Part shown: positions 8,754-22,373 of the stretch, piece after piece
How positions within the stretch are numbered: position 1 is the stretch's first letter
Layout: every line of letters begins with the position of its first letter
Assembly (NCBI GenBank): GCA_949297275.1
Contig: CASFQR010000002.1
Coordinates: 3,202 to 67,201 of the forward strand
Source: an uncultured bacterium
GTDB lineage: Bacteria > Bacillota_I > Bacilli_A > RFN20 > CAG-826
Length of the DNA: 64,000 nucleotides
Direction of reading: 5' to 3'
Translations under genes and position numbers: made by a program
The notes under the pieces: generated by a model
Told to the model about the DNA's origin: nothing
Database searches by the model: none
What the model saw: the letters and a program-made list of their open reading frames with translations, nothing else

Positions 8754-9656
8754 TTAATTTAATTGTTTTAAGATTTCTAATATCTCTTTATTTCCTGGCT
8801 CAATTCTCTTCTTTTTATTATGGTAATAGATAGCGTCCCCTGCTCCAAAAATATGCTGTGAAATTTGATATTTATCATTAACTAAATAACCTAGATTATC
8901 ATGCGGTAAAGCAAAATTATTTTTCGACGGAATCGAACCATAATTGACAACAATATAATCGCAATTTAGTTCAATTAATTCTCGTTCATCTTTGACACTT
9001 TGAATTGTTATTTTTGTACAGATATTATCTTCAACTTTTAAAGAATGAGGAATATAAGATAAATAAATTTTTAATTCTTTTAAGTTTTCGATTGTCTTCT
9101 TATCTCCTCTAAATTCATCGCGACGATGAATTAAAGAAACATCGTGGGTATAGTGATAGATTTCTTTGGTTAAATCTAATGCTGAATCACCGCCACCAAA
9201 GACGAGAACTTTTTTATTTTTAAATAATGAAAAATCTTTAATCGCGTAATAAATATTAGTAGCGATACTTTCACCCTCTAGATTTAGTTTTCGCGGAGTA
9301 GGGAAACCTAAACCAGTTGTTAAGATCACATTTCGAGCACAATATTCATCTTGGTGATTGACTTGGATTATTACATATTCCTCTTTATCATTTAAAGCAG
9401 TTACTTCATAATTAAAACGCACATTGTCGAGATTAATTTTATTGATTAAATATTTAATATAATCACCAGAATTAATTGAGGAAAATTCTTCTAGATCAAC
9501 TATTTCTTTAATAGGATAAAAATTCGTTATTTGCCCACCTAAAGTAGATGTTGCTTCAAATAAAAGATAGGGTTTATGACATTCTTCTAACTTACTTGCG
9601 AGAAATAGGCCAATTGGTCCGCCACCAATAATGATTATTTTATTTATCAACATCAT
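8754..9656 (-). CDS. Thioredoxin-reductase-like ferredoxin-NADP+ reductase (YumC type)
   Basis: Carries GGGPIG, GGQITNFYP, PRKLNLEG, GGGDSALD, IHRRDEFR and GAGD. It has no CxxC redox pair, so it is FNR type rather than TrxB. Confidence 0.8.
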   Translation of the reverse strand: MMLINKIIIIGGGPIGLFLASKLEECHKPYLLFEATSTLGGQITNFYPIKEIVDLEEFSSINSGDYIKYLINKINLDNVRFNYEVTALNDKEEYVIIQVNHQDEYCARNVILTTGLGFPTPRKLNLEGESIATNIYYAIKDFSLFKNKKVLVFGGGDSALDLTKEIYHYTHDVSLIHRRDEFRGDKKTIENLKELKIYLSYIPHSLKVEDNICTKITIQSVKDERELIELNCDYIVVNYGSIPSKNNFALPHDNLGYLVNDKYQISQHIFGAGDAIYYHNKKKRIEPGNKEILEILKQLN

Positions 9657-9700
9657 AACAAAATTATTATATAATAATTTAGCCTTGAAGGTTTAAATTT

Positions 9701-10165
9701 ATGGAACATAAAATTATTATTCAAAATTTAATTGAGACTGAAAACTTAGCTAGATTAATCATTAAGCATCTTTCTATTCCTAATGTTATTACTCTTTCAG
9801 GAGATTTAGGCGCTGGTAAAACGACCTTTGTTAAAGGTTGTTTAAGAGCTTTGAATTATCAGGGTAGAGTTTTATCTCCTACCTTCAATATTTTAAAATG
9901 CTATTTCGATATTACTCCGCATATTTATCATATTGATGCTTACCGTTTAGAAGATAATAAACATGATTTAGGTTTAGAAGAATATATTGAAGGAGATGGG
10001 TTATGTTTTATTGAATGGCCTTCTTTTATTGCTGATATTATTCCTTCTAAGCATTTAGAAATCTATATTAAAATTTTAGACGAAAATCGTCGTGAATTTT
10101 TATTAATTGACCCTAACGATTTTTATCAAGATTTATTTCAGGAGTTAATAAATAATGGCTTATAA
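9701..10165 (+). CDS. tsaE: tRNA t6A37 biosynthesis ATPase TsaE
   Basis: Walker A GDLGAGKTTFVKG and the HIDAYRL motif; gene order tsaE-tsaB-tsaD. Confidence 0.9.
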   Translation: MEHKIIIQNLIETENLARLIIKHLSIPNVITLSGDLGAGKTTFVKGCLRALNYQGRVLSPTFNILKCYFDITPHIYHIDAYRLEDNKHDLGLEEYIEGDGLCFIEWPSFIADIIPSKHLEIYIKILDENRREFLLIDPNDFYQDLFQELINNGL

Positions 10166-11213
10166 TTTATATCTAGATTCATCTAATAAAATGTTATTTG
10201 TCTTATTAAGTAAAGATGGAGTTTTACTTGATAAAATTATCTACGATGCTTCTCTTAGGCAAAGCGAAACGATGGTTTTAGAAATCGATCATATTTTAAA
10301 GAGAAATCATCTTAATAAAAAAGAGTTATCAAATATTATTGTTGGAATTGGCCCTGGCTCATATACTGGGGTAAGAATTGGCATTACTATCGCGAAAGTT
10401 TTAGCGTATGCTCTTAAAATTCCCCTATACGCTATTAGTTCGTTATCTTTATTAAAAATACCGCAAAAACCAACTATTTGTTTATTAAATGCCCGCGCTG
10501 AACGCGTCTATTATGCAGTTTATGATCAAGATAATGTCTTAGTTGAGCCTTGTGTGATGTCGATAAATGATGCTAGAAAATATCTTGATGAATATCCTTC
10601 TTATTTGGTTAGCGGTGACGCCTATTTATTTAATTTAGTAAGCGCGAATTATGATGCGACACAAAATTTATTAGATGGCTTTAATCCTAAATATTTAATT
10701 AAAAATATTTTTGCTTTAAAACCTATCTATCTTAAAGAATATAATGTTTCAAACCCACACCTAGAAATTATTGATGGTAATCCTAGTTATGCGGATGATA
10801 TTTACGCTCTTGAAATTGCTAATTTTAAAGAAGCTTGGAAAAAAGAAGATATTGTCTTTTCTTTGACTAACAATCAATCTACTAAATATCTCCTTTTACT
10901 TTTAAATAAAGAAGTTATTGGTTTTTTAAGTTATATCGATATGTTTACCACGGCCACGATTGTTCAAATCTGCATTAAAAAGGAATTTCGTCAACTAGGT
11001 TATGGCCAAATGCTCATGAAAAAAATGGAACAATATTTATTGAGCAAAGATGAAAAATGTGAATATATTTCTTTAGAGGTGCGCGCCTCTAATTTCGCGG
11101 CTATTAATTTTTATGAGAAGTTAGGATATAAATTTATTGTAAATAAAAAACAATATTATGACGATGGCGAAGACGCCTTATATTTAGTAAAGGATTTAAT
11201 TAACGGAAAATGA
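10155..11213 (+). CDS. tsaB: TsaB fused to a RimI-type GNAT acetyltransferase
   Basis: The N-terminal ~200 aa carry GPGSYTGVRIG (TsaB). The C-terminal ~150 aa carry GNAT motif A (RQLGYGQMLM...NFAAINFYEKLGY). It is one continuous ORF. Confidence 0.85.
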   Translation: MAYNLYLDSSNKMLFVLLSKDGVLLDKIIYDASLRQSETMVLEIDHILKRNHLNKKELSNIIVGIGPGSYTGVRIGITIAKVLAYALKIPLYAISSLSLLKIPQKPTICLLNARAERVYYAVYDQDNVLVEPCVMSINDARKYLDEYPSYLVSGDAYLFNLVSANYDATQNLLDGFNPKYLIKNIFALKPIYLKEYNVSNPHLEIIDGNPSYADDIYALEIANFKEAWKKEDIVFSLTNNQSTKYLLLLLNKEVIGFLSYIDMFTTATIVQICIKKEFRQLGYGQMLMKKMEQYLLSKDEKCEYISLEVRASNFAAINFYEKLGYKFIVNKKQYYDDGEDALYLVKDLINGK

Positions 11214-12217
11214 AAATTTTAGCAATTGAATCTAGCTGTGATGAAACTAGTATTGCGATTATTGATGACGGCAAGCTTTTAAGCAATGTCGTTTCTAGTC
11301 AAATTAAAGCCCATCAAGTTTTTGGTGGCGTCATGCCGGAAGTTGCTTCGCGTTTACATGCGGAGAATGTTTTATATGTTTTAGATGAGGCTTTAAGAAA
11401 TGCGAATGTTAGTTTAGAAGATATTGATGCCTATGCTTTTACGCGCGGACCTGGTTTAATTGGGGCTCTACATATTGGCATGCAAGTTGCTAAGACATTG
11501 GCGATGCTCTATGATAAGCCTTTAATACCCGTCCACCATTTAGCAGGTCATATTTATGCGAATGAATTTAATCATCAATTAAAATTTCCTCTTTTATCAG
11601 TCGTCGTTAGTGGCGGTAACACCGAATTAGTTTATATGAAAGAACATTTATCATTTGAAATTATCGGCGAAACGCGCGATGATGCGGTTGGTGAATGTTT
11701 TGATAAAGTCGCTCGCACTCTCGGTTTATCTTATCCAGGGGGAGTGGTGATTGATCGGCTGGCTTTAGAGGGGCAAGACACCTATGATTTGCCACTTCCT
11801 TTACATGATGGTTCTTTAGATTTTTCTTATAGTGGTTTAAAGACAGCGGTTATTAATTTAGTTAATAACGAAAAACAAAGAGGTAATGAAATCCGCCTCG
11901 CTGATATGTGTCGTTCTTTTGAAAATGTGGCAATTAAGATGATCGTTGATCGCACTTTAAAGGCGGCTAAGAAATATCAGATTCAACAAATTGTTTTAGC
12001 GGGTGGTGTTTCTGCTAATTCTTATTTAAGAGCTGAAATGATTCGTTTATTTTCTAATAGTGGTATCGAATTAGTGATTCCACCTTTATCATTAACTGGT
12101 GATAACGCAGCGATGATTGCTAAATTAGCCGAACATCTTTATCAGCGAGGAGTAACTTGCTCTTTAGCGATCAGTGCTGACTCTAATTGGCCAATTGAAG
12201 AATTTGATAAGTTTTAA
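11210..12217 (+). CDS. tsaD: tRNA N6-adenosine threonylcarbamoyltransferase TsaD
   Basis: Kae1/TsaD hallmarks: ILAIESSCDETS, VHHLAGH, GGVSAN. Confidence 0.95.
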   Translation: MKILAIESSCDETSIAIIDDGKLLSNVVSSQIKAHQVFGGVMPEVASRLHAENVLYVLDEALRNANVSLEDIDAYAFTRGPGLIGALHIGMQVAKTLAMLYDKPLIPVHHLAGHIYANEFNHQLKFPLLSVVVSGGNTELVYMKEHLSFEIIGETRDDAVGECFDKVARTLGLSYPGGVVIDRLALEGQDTYDLPLPLHDGSLDFSYSGLKTAVINLVNNEKQRGNEIRLADMCRSFENVAIKMIVDRTLKAAKKYQIQQIVLAGGVSANSYLRAEMIRLFSNSGIELVIPPLSLTGDNAAMIAKLAEHLYQRGVTCSLAISADSNWPIEEFDKF

Positions 12218-12275
12218 CTATTAATAAAATGTAAATTTTATTTATAATATAAAAAGTGTTTTGGAGGTAAGGAAT

Positions 12276-13694
12276 ATGGATGAAAAGAAAATATATGGCG
12301 TTTATGTTTGTGACATCTATGAGGCTCTTGAATGCGAATGTGAACATCACCAAGATGCTAAAAAAGAATTATTAGAAAACTATTTAAATATCGAAGGTTG
12401 GGTCCGCAGTAATCGCGATAATGGTTCAATCGGTTTTTTAGAATTAAATGATGGAACTAGTTTCCGCAATATTCAAATAGTTTATTCTAAAGATCATAGC
12501 GATGAATTATATGAGACATATAAAGCGATGAAACGCGGAGCGGCGGTTTCAATTATTGGTTCTTTAGTTTTAACACCTAACAATAAACAACCTTTTGAAA
12601 TTCAAGCTTCTGATGGCGACATTGTTGCTGATGTGACTGAAGATTATCCTTTACAAAAGAAATTTCATTCAGTGGAATTTTTACGATCAATCGCGCATTT
12701 AAGAGTTCGTTCAAATTTATCAACCGCAATTTATCGCGTGCGTAATGCTTTATCGATGGCGATTCATTCCTATTTCCAAATGAATGAATTTATGTATGTT
12801 CATACCCCCTTAATTACTTGCAATGACGCGGAAGGTGCAGGTGAAACTTTCTCTATCGTGACCAAAGATAAAAATCCCGCTGCGTTTTTTGGTAAACCTG
12901 TTGTTTTAACGGTCACTGGCCAACTTCATGTCGAAGCTTTTGCTTTAGCCTACCGCAATGTTTATACCTTCGGTCCAACTTTTAGAGCCGAACATTCCAA
13001 TACGACGCGTCATGCCTCAGAATTCTGGATGATTGAACCAGAAATGTCCTTTGCTGATTTAAATGACAATATGGATGTTATTGAAGGCTGTGTCAAATAT
13101 TGCATCAATTACATTTTAGAGAATTGCAAAGATGAATTAAATTTCTTTAATACCCAAATTGATAAAGATTTAATTAAGCGATTAGAACATGTTAAAGATT
13201 CAGAATTTAAACGCATTACTTATAGCGAAGCAATGGAGCATATTCAAAAAGCCATTCGTGACGGTTATGATTTTGAAAATAAAGATATTAAATGGGGTGA
13301 AGGACTCCAAAGCGAACATGAACGTTATTTGACAGAAAAAGTCATTGGTGGCCCTGTTTTTGTTACTAATTATCCTAAAACTATGACCGCTTTTTATATG
13401 CGACAAAATGATGATGGTAAGACAGTTGCTAATTGCGATTTACTCGTGCCTTATGTTGGTGAACTTGTTGGTGGTTCACAAAGAGAAGAACGTTATGATG
13501 TTTTAAAAGCGCGAATGGAAGAATTAGGTAATCTTAAAGGTTTAGAATGGTATTTAGAACTTCGTAAATATGGTTGCCCCTATCATTCAGGTTTTGGCAT
13601 TGGTTTTGACCGTTTATTAATGTATGTGACGGGAGTAAATAATATACGTGATGTTCAACCTTTCCCACGTACTTCTGACCCAATTAAATATTAA
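12276..13694 (+). CDS. asnS: Asparagine--tRNA ligase
   Basis: Class II motifs are present, including FRAEHSNTTRHASEFWMIEPE and GFGIGFDRL. GGAGG lies 8 nt upstream of ATG 12276; the ORF-track TTG at 12261 overlaps that SD. Confidence 0.95.
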   Translation: MDEKKIYGVYVCDIYEALECECEHHQDAKKELLENYLNIEGWVRSNRDNGSIGFLELNDGTSFRNIQIVYSKDHSDELYETYKAMKRGAAVSIIGSLVLTPNNKQPFEIQASDGDIVADVTEDYPLQKKFHSVEFLRSIAHLRVRSNLSTAIYRVRNALSMAIHSYFQMNEFMYVHTPLITCNDAEGAGETFSIVTKDKNPAAFFGKPVVLTVTGQLHVEAFALAYRNVYTFGPTFRAEHSNTTRHASEFWMIEPEMSFADLNDNMDVIEGCVKYCINYILENCKDELNFFNTQIDKDLIKRLEHVKDSEFKRITYSEAMEHIQKAIRDGYDFENKDIKWGEGLQSEHERYLTEKVIGGPVFVTNYPKTMTAFYMRQNDDGKTVANCDLLVPYVGELVGGSQREERYDVLKARMEELGNLKGLEWYLELRKYGCPYHSGFGIGFDRLLMYVTGVNNIRDVQPFPRTSDPIKY

Positions 13695-13714
13695 AGTGAT
13701 AGAAAGGAATAAAA

Positions 13715-13903
13715 ATGGATAATTTTGAAGAAAAAAATAGCAATAATAGCGAAATGATTAGCGATGAAAAAGAACTAAGAAAAAAAGAATATTCAGACAA
13801 AAGAACTAGCCGTTATTTCTATATTCTTCTTGCTTTAAATATCTTGCTATTAATTTTTATTATTGTCGAAATTATCTTTCTTGTTATTAAATTAAAAGCA
13901 TGA
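13715..13903 (+). CDS. Small C-terminally anchored membrane protein (62 aa), hypothetical
   Basis: Has an SD (gaaagga). It overlaps the next gene by 4 nt (ATGA) and has one clear TM helix. Confidence 0.4.
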   Translation: MDNFEEKNSNNSEMISDEKELRKKEYSDKRTSRYFYILLALNILLLIFIIVEIIFLVIKLKA

Positions 13904-15255
13904 AAACTTTAATCAAAAATGGTTGTGTTGTTTTTTATAATAAAATCGCTCGCTTAGATGTCGCTTTTTCGGAGAATAAAATTACTCAGATTGCTGAATA
14001 TATAGCGCCAGAAGGTTTCGATAATATCATTGATGCGAAAGGTAAATATATTATGCCTGGGGCGATTGACGCCCATACTCATATGGCGATGCCTTTTGGC
14101 GGAACTATTTCTAGTGATGATTATGAAGCAGGATCAAGAGCAGCATTAGCGGGTGGTGTAACTTGCTACATTGATTACGCTATTCAAAAACACGGTGATA
14201 CCTTATTAGAAATTTTAAATCGTCGTAAAAACTTAGCGAAAAATAATTCCTATGTCGATTATGGTTTTCATCTTGCCATTACCGACTTTAATGATGATAT
14301 TGCTGATGAATTTAAACGCTTAAAAGATTATGGTGTCTCTTCCATTAAATGTTTTATGGTCTATAAAAAAGAAAAAATGAATGTTGATGACGCTACGCTA
14401 GCAAAAATCCTCGCCTTAGGAAAACAAAATGATATTTTAGTTAATGTTCACTGTGAAGACTGCGATGTAATTGATGCGCGCATCGAACAATTTTTAAAAG
14501 AAGGTAAAACATCTAATTGGTATCATTATCTTTCACGCGATGAAGAAGTCGAAGCCCTTGGTGTTAAAAAAGCTTTAAAAATTGCCAAGGACGCTGATGC
14601 ACCTATTTATATTGTCCATAATGCTTCTAAAGATGGCATTAAAGCAATTATGAAGGCGAAAGACGAAGGACAAATTGTTTACGCTGAGACTTGCCCGCAA
14701 TATTTATATTTCACTAATGAAGTTTATCAAAGTGAGCGAGCCGCTCTTTATGTTTGTTCACCTTCAATTAAAAATAAAGAAAGTCGCACAGCTTTATGGG
14801 AAGCCATTTGGGCTAATTATATTGATGTTATTGCGACCGATCATTGCCCCTTTAAACTCAGCGAAAAAGCTTGGGGTGACCACGATTTTACAAAAACACC
14901 CAATGGTTGTGATGGTATAGAAAATCTCTATCGTTTTGTTATAAGTGCTGCTTTAAAAAATCGCTTAAGTTTATCGAAAGCCGTGGAATTAGTCGCGCAT
15001 AATCCTGCGAAGATTTTTCATTTAAAAAATAAAGGCGATATTGAAGTAGGTAAAGACGCTGATATTGTTATTTTAAATCCTAATGGTGAATATGTTTATC
15101 ATAATAAAGATACTTTTTCTAATGAAGATAATTCGATTTGGGAAGGTGTATCTTATCGCGGAATTATTGAACAAGTTTTTGTCCATGGTAAATTAGCCTT
15201 TAAAGATCGTAAAATCCTTATTTCTAAACACGAAGGACAATATCTAAAAAGATAA
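13900..15255 (+). CDS. Dihydropyrimidinase/D-hydantoinase-type cyclic amidohydrolase
   Basis: All metal ligands look intact: DAHTHM (HxH), SIKCFMVYK (carbamylated Lys position), VHCED, VHNAS, ATDHCP. Confidence 0.85.
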   Translation: MKTLIKNGCVVFYNKIARLDVAFSENKITQIAEYIAPEGFDNIIDAKGKYIMPGAIDAHTHMAMPFGGTISSDDYEAGSRAALAGGVTCYIDYAIQKHGDTLLEILNRRKNLAKNNSYVDYGFHLAITDFNDDIADEFKRLKDYGVSSIKCFMVYKKEKMNVDDATLAKILALGKQNDILVNVHCEDCDVIDARIEQFLKEGKTSNWYHYLSRDEEVEALGVKKALKIAKDADAPIYIVHNASKDGIKAIMKAKDEGQIVYAETCPQYLYFTNEVYQSERAALYVCSPSIKNKESRTALWEAIWANYIDVIATDHCPFKLSEKAWGDHDFTKTPNGCDGIENLYRFVISAALKNRLSLSKAVELVAHNPAKIFHLKNKGDIEVGKDADIVILNPNGEYVYHNKDTFSNEDNSIWEGVSYRGIIEQVFVHGKLAFKDRKILISKHEGQYLKR

Positions 15256-15276
15256 AATATCCGACTTTTGATATAA

Positions 15277-15309
15277 AATAATCCGCAAAAACGGATTATT
15301 TTTTATTTT
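15277..15309. terminator. Bidirectional rho-independent terminator between convergent genes
   Basis: aataatccg-caaaaa-cggattatt followed by ttttatttt. An A-run on the other side serves the minus strand. Confidence 0.7.
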
Positions 15310-15997
15310 CATCTTTATTTAAATTTGTGGTGTTTTCGTTTGGTAGAGGCGCTTCTTCGTAAGGCTTATTTTCCGCCATACCACCAAAATTATCTAAACT
15401 CTTTTCAAAAACATTATGAGCGATTTTATAGAGGCGATGCGTGCGAGCTATATAGGCTTGAACATTGACTAAAAACCATATACCTCCTATTAGCATTCCA
15501 AAGAAAAAGATGTATGAACCTAAGGCTTCTACTTCAAAATGTGGACTATTTAATAACGGTGGCCAATCCGCTAAAACGCGCATCCCAAAGACAGTTGTAT
15601 AAGTTGCATTATCAAAATCTGGTAGAAAAAATAATGTCCCAATTCCCTCTTTTTGATAATCAAAAATGTTGACATCCCAATTGCCAGTAATTGCGCAATA
15701 TAGAATAATTGCTAACGAAGCAACAAACATAATCAAAAAAGGAATCCATGCTTCTTTAACTAGAAGAGTATTATTCTTTTTCATCCCAAAGATAAAGAGT
15801 TTTTTGCGTTCGGTTATGACTCCGGCTTTAACTACATCATGAACTAAAGTATCAGCCTTTTTGGCTTGAAATTTCATAATCTTTTTAACTAATATTCCTA
15901 GATACCCAGCAATGACAAAAAGGAGAATAAAAATCAAGAAGATTAAAATAATTAAACGCTTATCATTTTCGGTTAAGGTGATAAGACTAAAAATCAT
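15296..15997 (-). CDS. Hypothetical 3-TM membrane protein (third gene of the membrane trio)
   Basis: 233-aa ORF that overlaps the upstream gene by 4 nt. I do not recognise the family. Confidence 0.55.
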   Translation of the reverse strand: MIFSLITLTENDKRLIILIFLIFILLFVIAGYLGILVKKIMKFQAKKADTLVHDVVKAGVITERKKLFIFGMKKNNTLLVKEAWIPFLIMFVASLAIILYCAITGNWDVNIFDYQKEGIGTLFFLPDFDNATYTTVFGMRVLADWPPLLNSPHFEVEALGSYIFFFGMLIGGIWFLVNVQAYIARTHRLYKIAHNVFEKSLDNFGGMAENKPYEEAPLPNENTTNLNKDENKK

Positions 15998-16554
15998 TTA
16001 TCTTCCTCCTTCTTTTCATTTAGCATCTCTTTTATTTCTTGATCGAGAAAGTCTGGCCTTTTTATTTCCGATTTATCTTCTAAGGCTTGGGGATGATTGT
16101 AAGTTAATGATTCATAATCTTTTTGCTCAATAGTGTCCACGCGATTTCCTATTTGATTTTGATTTTGTTCATTAGCAAAATTATGATATTTCGTCGCATT
16201 CATAAAATCATTTGGGTTTACAAAGGCATTTTGTTGTGTCTGGTAATAATTTTGTGTTTGGTAATAATTATTTGTTGTTGTGGTGTTATTAGTAGTGTTA
16301 GAAATATTTTGTTCAGGCATAGGTGCTTCTGAAATTTGATTTTCTTTTTGAAGCAATATTTCTCGCGCTTTTTTATCTTCGGGGAATTCTTTAAATAAAT
16401 TGCGACCAGTTAGGAATAAAATAATTGCTTTAATAGATGAATAAATAAACATTATTAAACAAAATAAAGCGTAAAGTAATAAGTAAAGAATAATAAAAGG
16501 AAGTAATACAATATATAAGACTCCCCAACCAAATGTTTTAAAAAAATTAGTCAT
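15994..16554 (-). CDS. Hypothetical 2-TM membrane protein with an N/Q/T/Y-rich low-complexity region
   Basis: 186 aa with an N-terminal helical hairpin and a tandem NYYQTQ repeat. It overlaps the upstream gene by 8 nt. Confidence 0.5.
   Translation of the reverse strand: MTNFFKTFGWGVLYIVLLPFIILYLLLYALFCLIMFIYSSIKAIILFLTGRNLFKEFPEDKKAREILLQKENQISEAPMPEQNISNTTNNTTTTNNYYQTQNYYQTQQNAFVNPNDFMNATKYHNFANEQNQNQIGNRVDTIEQKDYESLTYNHPQALEDKSEIKRPDFLDQEIKEMLNEKKEEDK
16234..16269 (-). repeat. 18-nt tandem repeat x2 (1 mismatch) encoding YYQTQN x2
   Basis: ttgtgtctggtaataatt / ttgtgtttggtaataatt on the plus strand. Confidence 0.85.
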
Positions 16555-17527
16555 TTCCTTTACCTTGTTTTATTTTATTATCTCTTCTAGTCTTGTTCAA
16601 GATATAGGCGATAAAATCGACTATTTCAACACTTAAAGGATAGATGGCTAATAAAATTAAGCCGTGGTTAATTGGTAGATATTGATAGAAGATAGCAAAG
16701 AAAATAATAGTCAGCAAAATGTTGCTTCCAAATAAAATTAATTTAATTTTTTGTAAATTATTAATTGCCATAATAATTGAGATAATTGCAAAATAATAAA
16801 AAACCACAATCGCTAAATAAGCAATCGTAAGACTAAAGAAATACCCTAAAATAATTAAAATAAGCAATATTAAATCGATTGCGTATTGGATTATTTTTCC
16901 CTCTTTTATTAAAAACAAATCTTTTTCAAAGCGCTTAAATTCATTATAAATTATTAAATATGAAAGAAATATTTGAATAAAAGAAACTAGCAACAAAATG
17001 CTTGGTAAATAGATTTGGCTAGTTTCACAATCGATATTAAAAATATTCATCATCGATTCAAGCATGTTGATATCACTGATGAGTTCAACTAAATAGATGC
17101 CTAAATAATAAAAACCTAATTCGATAAAGGCTGACACTAAGATAACAAAAATAGGATTAATTTTGATTTTAGCAAATAGACCAAATAGAAAGCCAATAAT
17201 TAAGGAAGGCAAAACATAAAGGATAGTCGTATCAATATTCCATAAGGTAGTGACAATTGTTAAGCCGATAGTGGCAATGATATATAGCGGGTAATAACGC
17301 GCTTTCGTATAATACGCTACTAAGGTGTTGATTAAAGGTAAAAACAAAATCAAAAAGACAGCAATAAAAGAAGTAAAGGCAATCATAACCGCAATCAAGA
17401 CATTGATGACAGCCATAATGGCCATAAAGGTTAGGTTTTGGGTAATAGTTTCTTTCTTTTTAAATAACTGCATCGCTATAATTTTATAAAATTTTATTTT
17501 CAGCGACACAAAATATATTTTTTTCAT
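16547..17527 (-). CDS. Hypothetical polytopic membrane protein (about 9-10 TM)
   Basis: 326-aa hydrophobic ORF. The alternative start at 17473 (MQLFKKKE...) is more likely, because the divergent gene starts only 14 bp from 17527. Confidence 0.55.
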   Translation of the reverse strand: MKKIYFVSLKIKFYKIIAMQLFKKKETITQNLTFMAIMAVINVLIAVMIAFTSFIAVFLILFLPLINTLVAYYTKARYYPLYIIATIGLTIVTTLWNIDTTILYVLPSLIIGFLFGLFAKIKINPIFVILVSAFIELGFYYLGIYLVELISDINMLESMMNIFNIDCETSQIYLPSILLLVSFIQIFLSYLIIYNEFKRFEKDLFLIKEGKIIQYAIDLILLILIILGYFFSLTIAYLAIVVFYYFAIISIIMAINNLQKIKLILFGSNILLTIIFFAIFYQYLPINHGLILLAIYPLSVEIVDFIAYILNKTRRDNKIKQGKGND

Positions 17528-17541
17528 TATTAAATAAGTGT

Positions 17542-18009
17542 ATGAAAATCACTTTGTTTGCTCTTCCTTGTTTAATTGCTCTTCTTGGTGTTGATAGCTG
17601 CGCGGCAACCGTCTTTCCTAGTTTTGCTTATGATGAATCGAGCAATGGTAGTAGTCAAAATACTTCAACACACTCCTATGAAGAAGTTTCCGCTTTCTTT
17701 ATCCCTTATGAAGAAATATTTCTCATCGATAAAATTTCCTATTATGTTTATTTTTATGCCTCCTGGTGTCCGGTATGCAATGAAATAAAGGATAAAGTTA
17801 TTTCTTCTGCTTTACTTAATCAAAACATCTATTTTCTTAATGAACCGCGTGAAATTAAATATGCTGAAAATATCTCTAGCACGATAGGGGTTTCTTCCTT
17901 AGAAAATCTTTATATTGTCGGTTACCCATCTTTAATAAAAATTAGCAATCAAGCAGTCGAAAAAAATCTTGGTGGCGATATCTTAATCTTAAATGAACTA
18001 AGGATGTAA
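17542..18009 (+). CDS. Exported or membrane-anchored thioredoxin-fold protein (WCPVC active site)
   Basis: Signal-like N-terminus MKITLFALPCLIALLGVDSC and the CxxC motif ASWCPVCNEIK. Confidence 0.65.
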   Translation: MKITLFALPCLIALLGVDSCAATVFPSFAYDESSNGSSQNTSTHSYEEVSAFFIPYEEIFLIDKISYYVYFYASWCPVCNEIKDKVISSALLNQNIYFLNEPREIKYAENISSTIGVSSLENLYIVGYPSLIKISNQAVEKNLGGDILILNELRM

Positions 18010-18057
18010 TTTTCTTCTTAAATTTATCTAAATAGCCTTAAACGAAAGGACGGTTTA

Positions 18058-18066
18058 TGCTAAAAT
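18058..18066 (+). promoter_or_regulatory. Extended -10 (TGcTAAAAT) upstream of pcrA
   Basis: tatgcTAAAAT abuts ATG 18067, which argues for the ATG 18088 start. Confidence 0.4.
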
Positions 18067-18087
18067 ATGAAACTAGGTAAAAAGGCT

Positions 18088-22288
<4,201 letters not shown>

Positions 22289-22373
22289 TTATTCCTCTCG
22301 CTTTAATTTTAAAACTTTATCTTTATAGATAAGTCTTTAAAAATTACAAAATTAATGCAATAATATTTAGGCA

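Noticed and set aside
12218-12275. T-box or other leader RNA upstream of asnS.
   Set aside because: The gap is only 58 nt and contains a TATAAT and the SD. That is too short for a T-box (about 200 nt or more), and no specifier or T-box motif is present.
16234-16269. The 18-nt x2 tandem repeat as a contingency (phase-variation) locus.
   Set aside because: The unit length is a multiple of 3, so copy-number change keeps the frame. With two copies and one mismatch it is just a low-complexity coding repeat.
22317-22332. Hairpin ttatct-ttat-agataa after ligA as a terminator.
   Set aside because: The stem is 6 bp and pure A/T, with no downstream T-run. It is indistinguishable from background in this AT-rich DNA.
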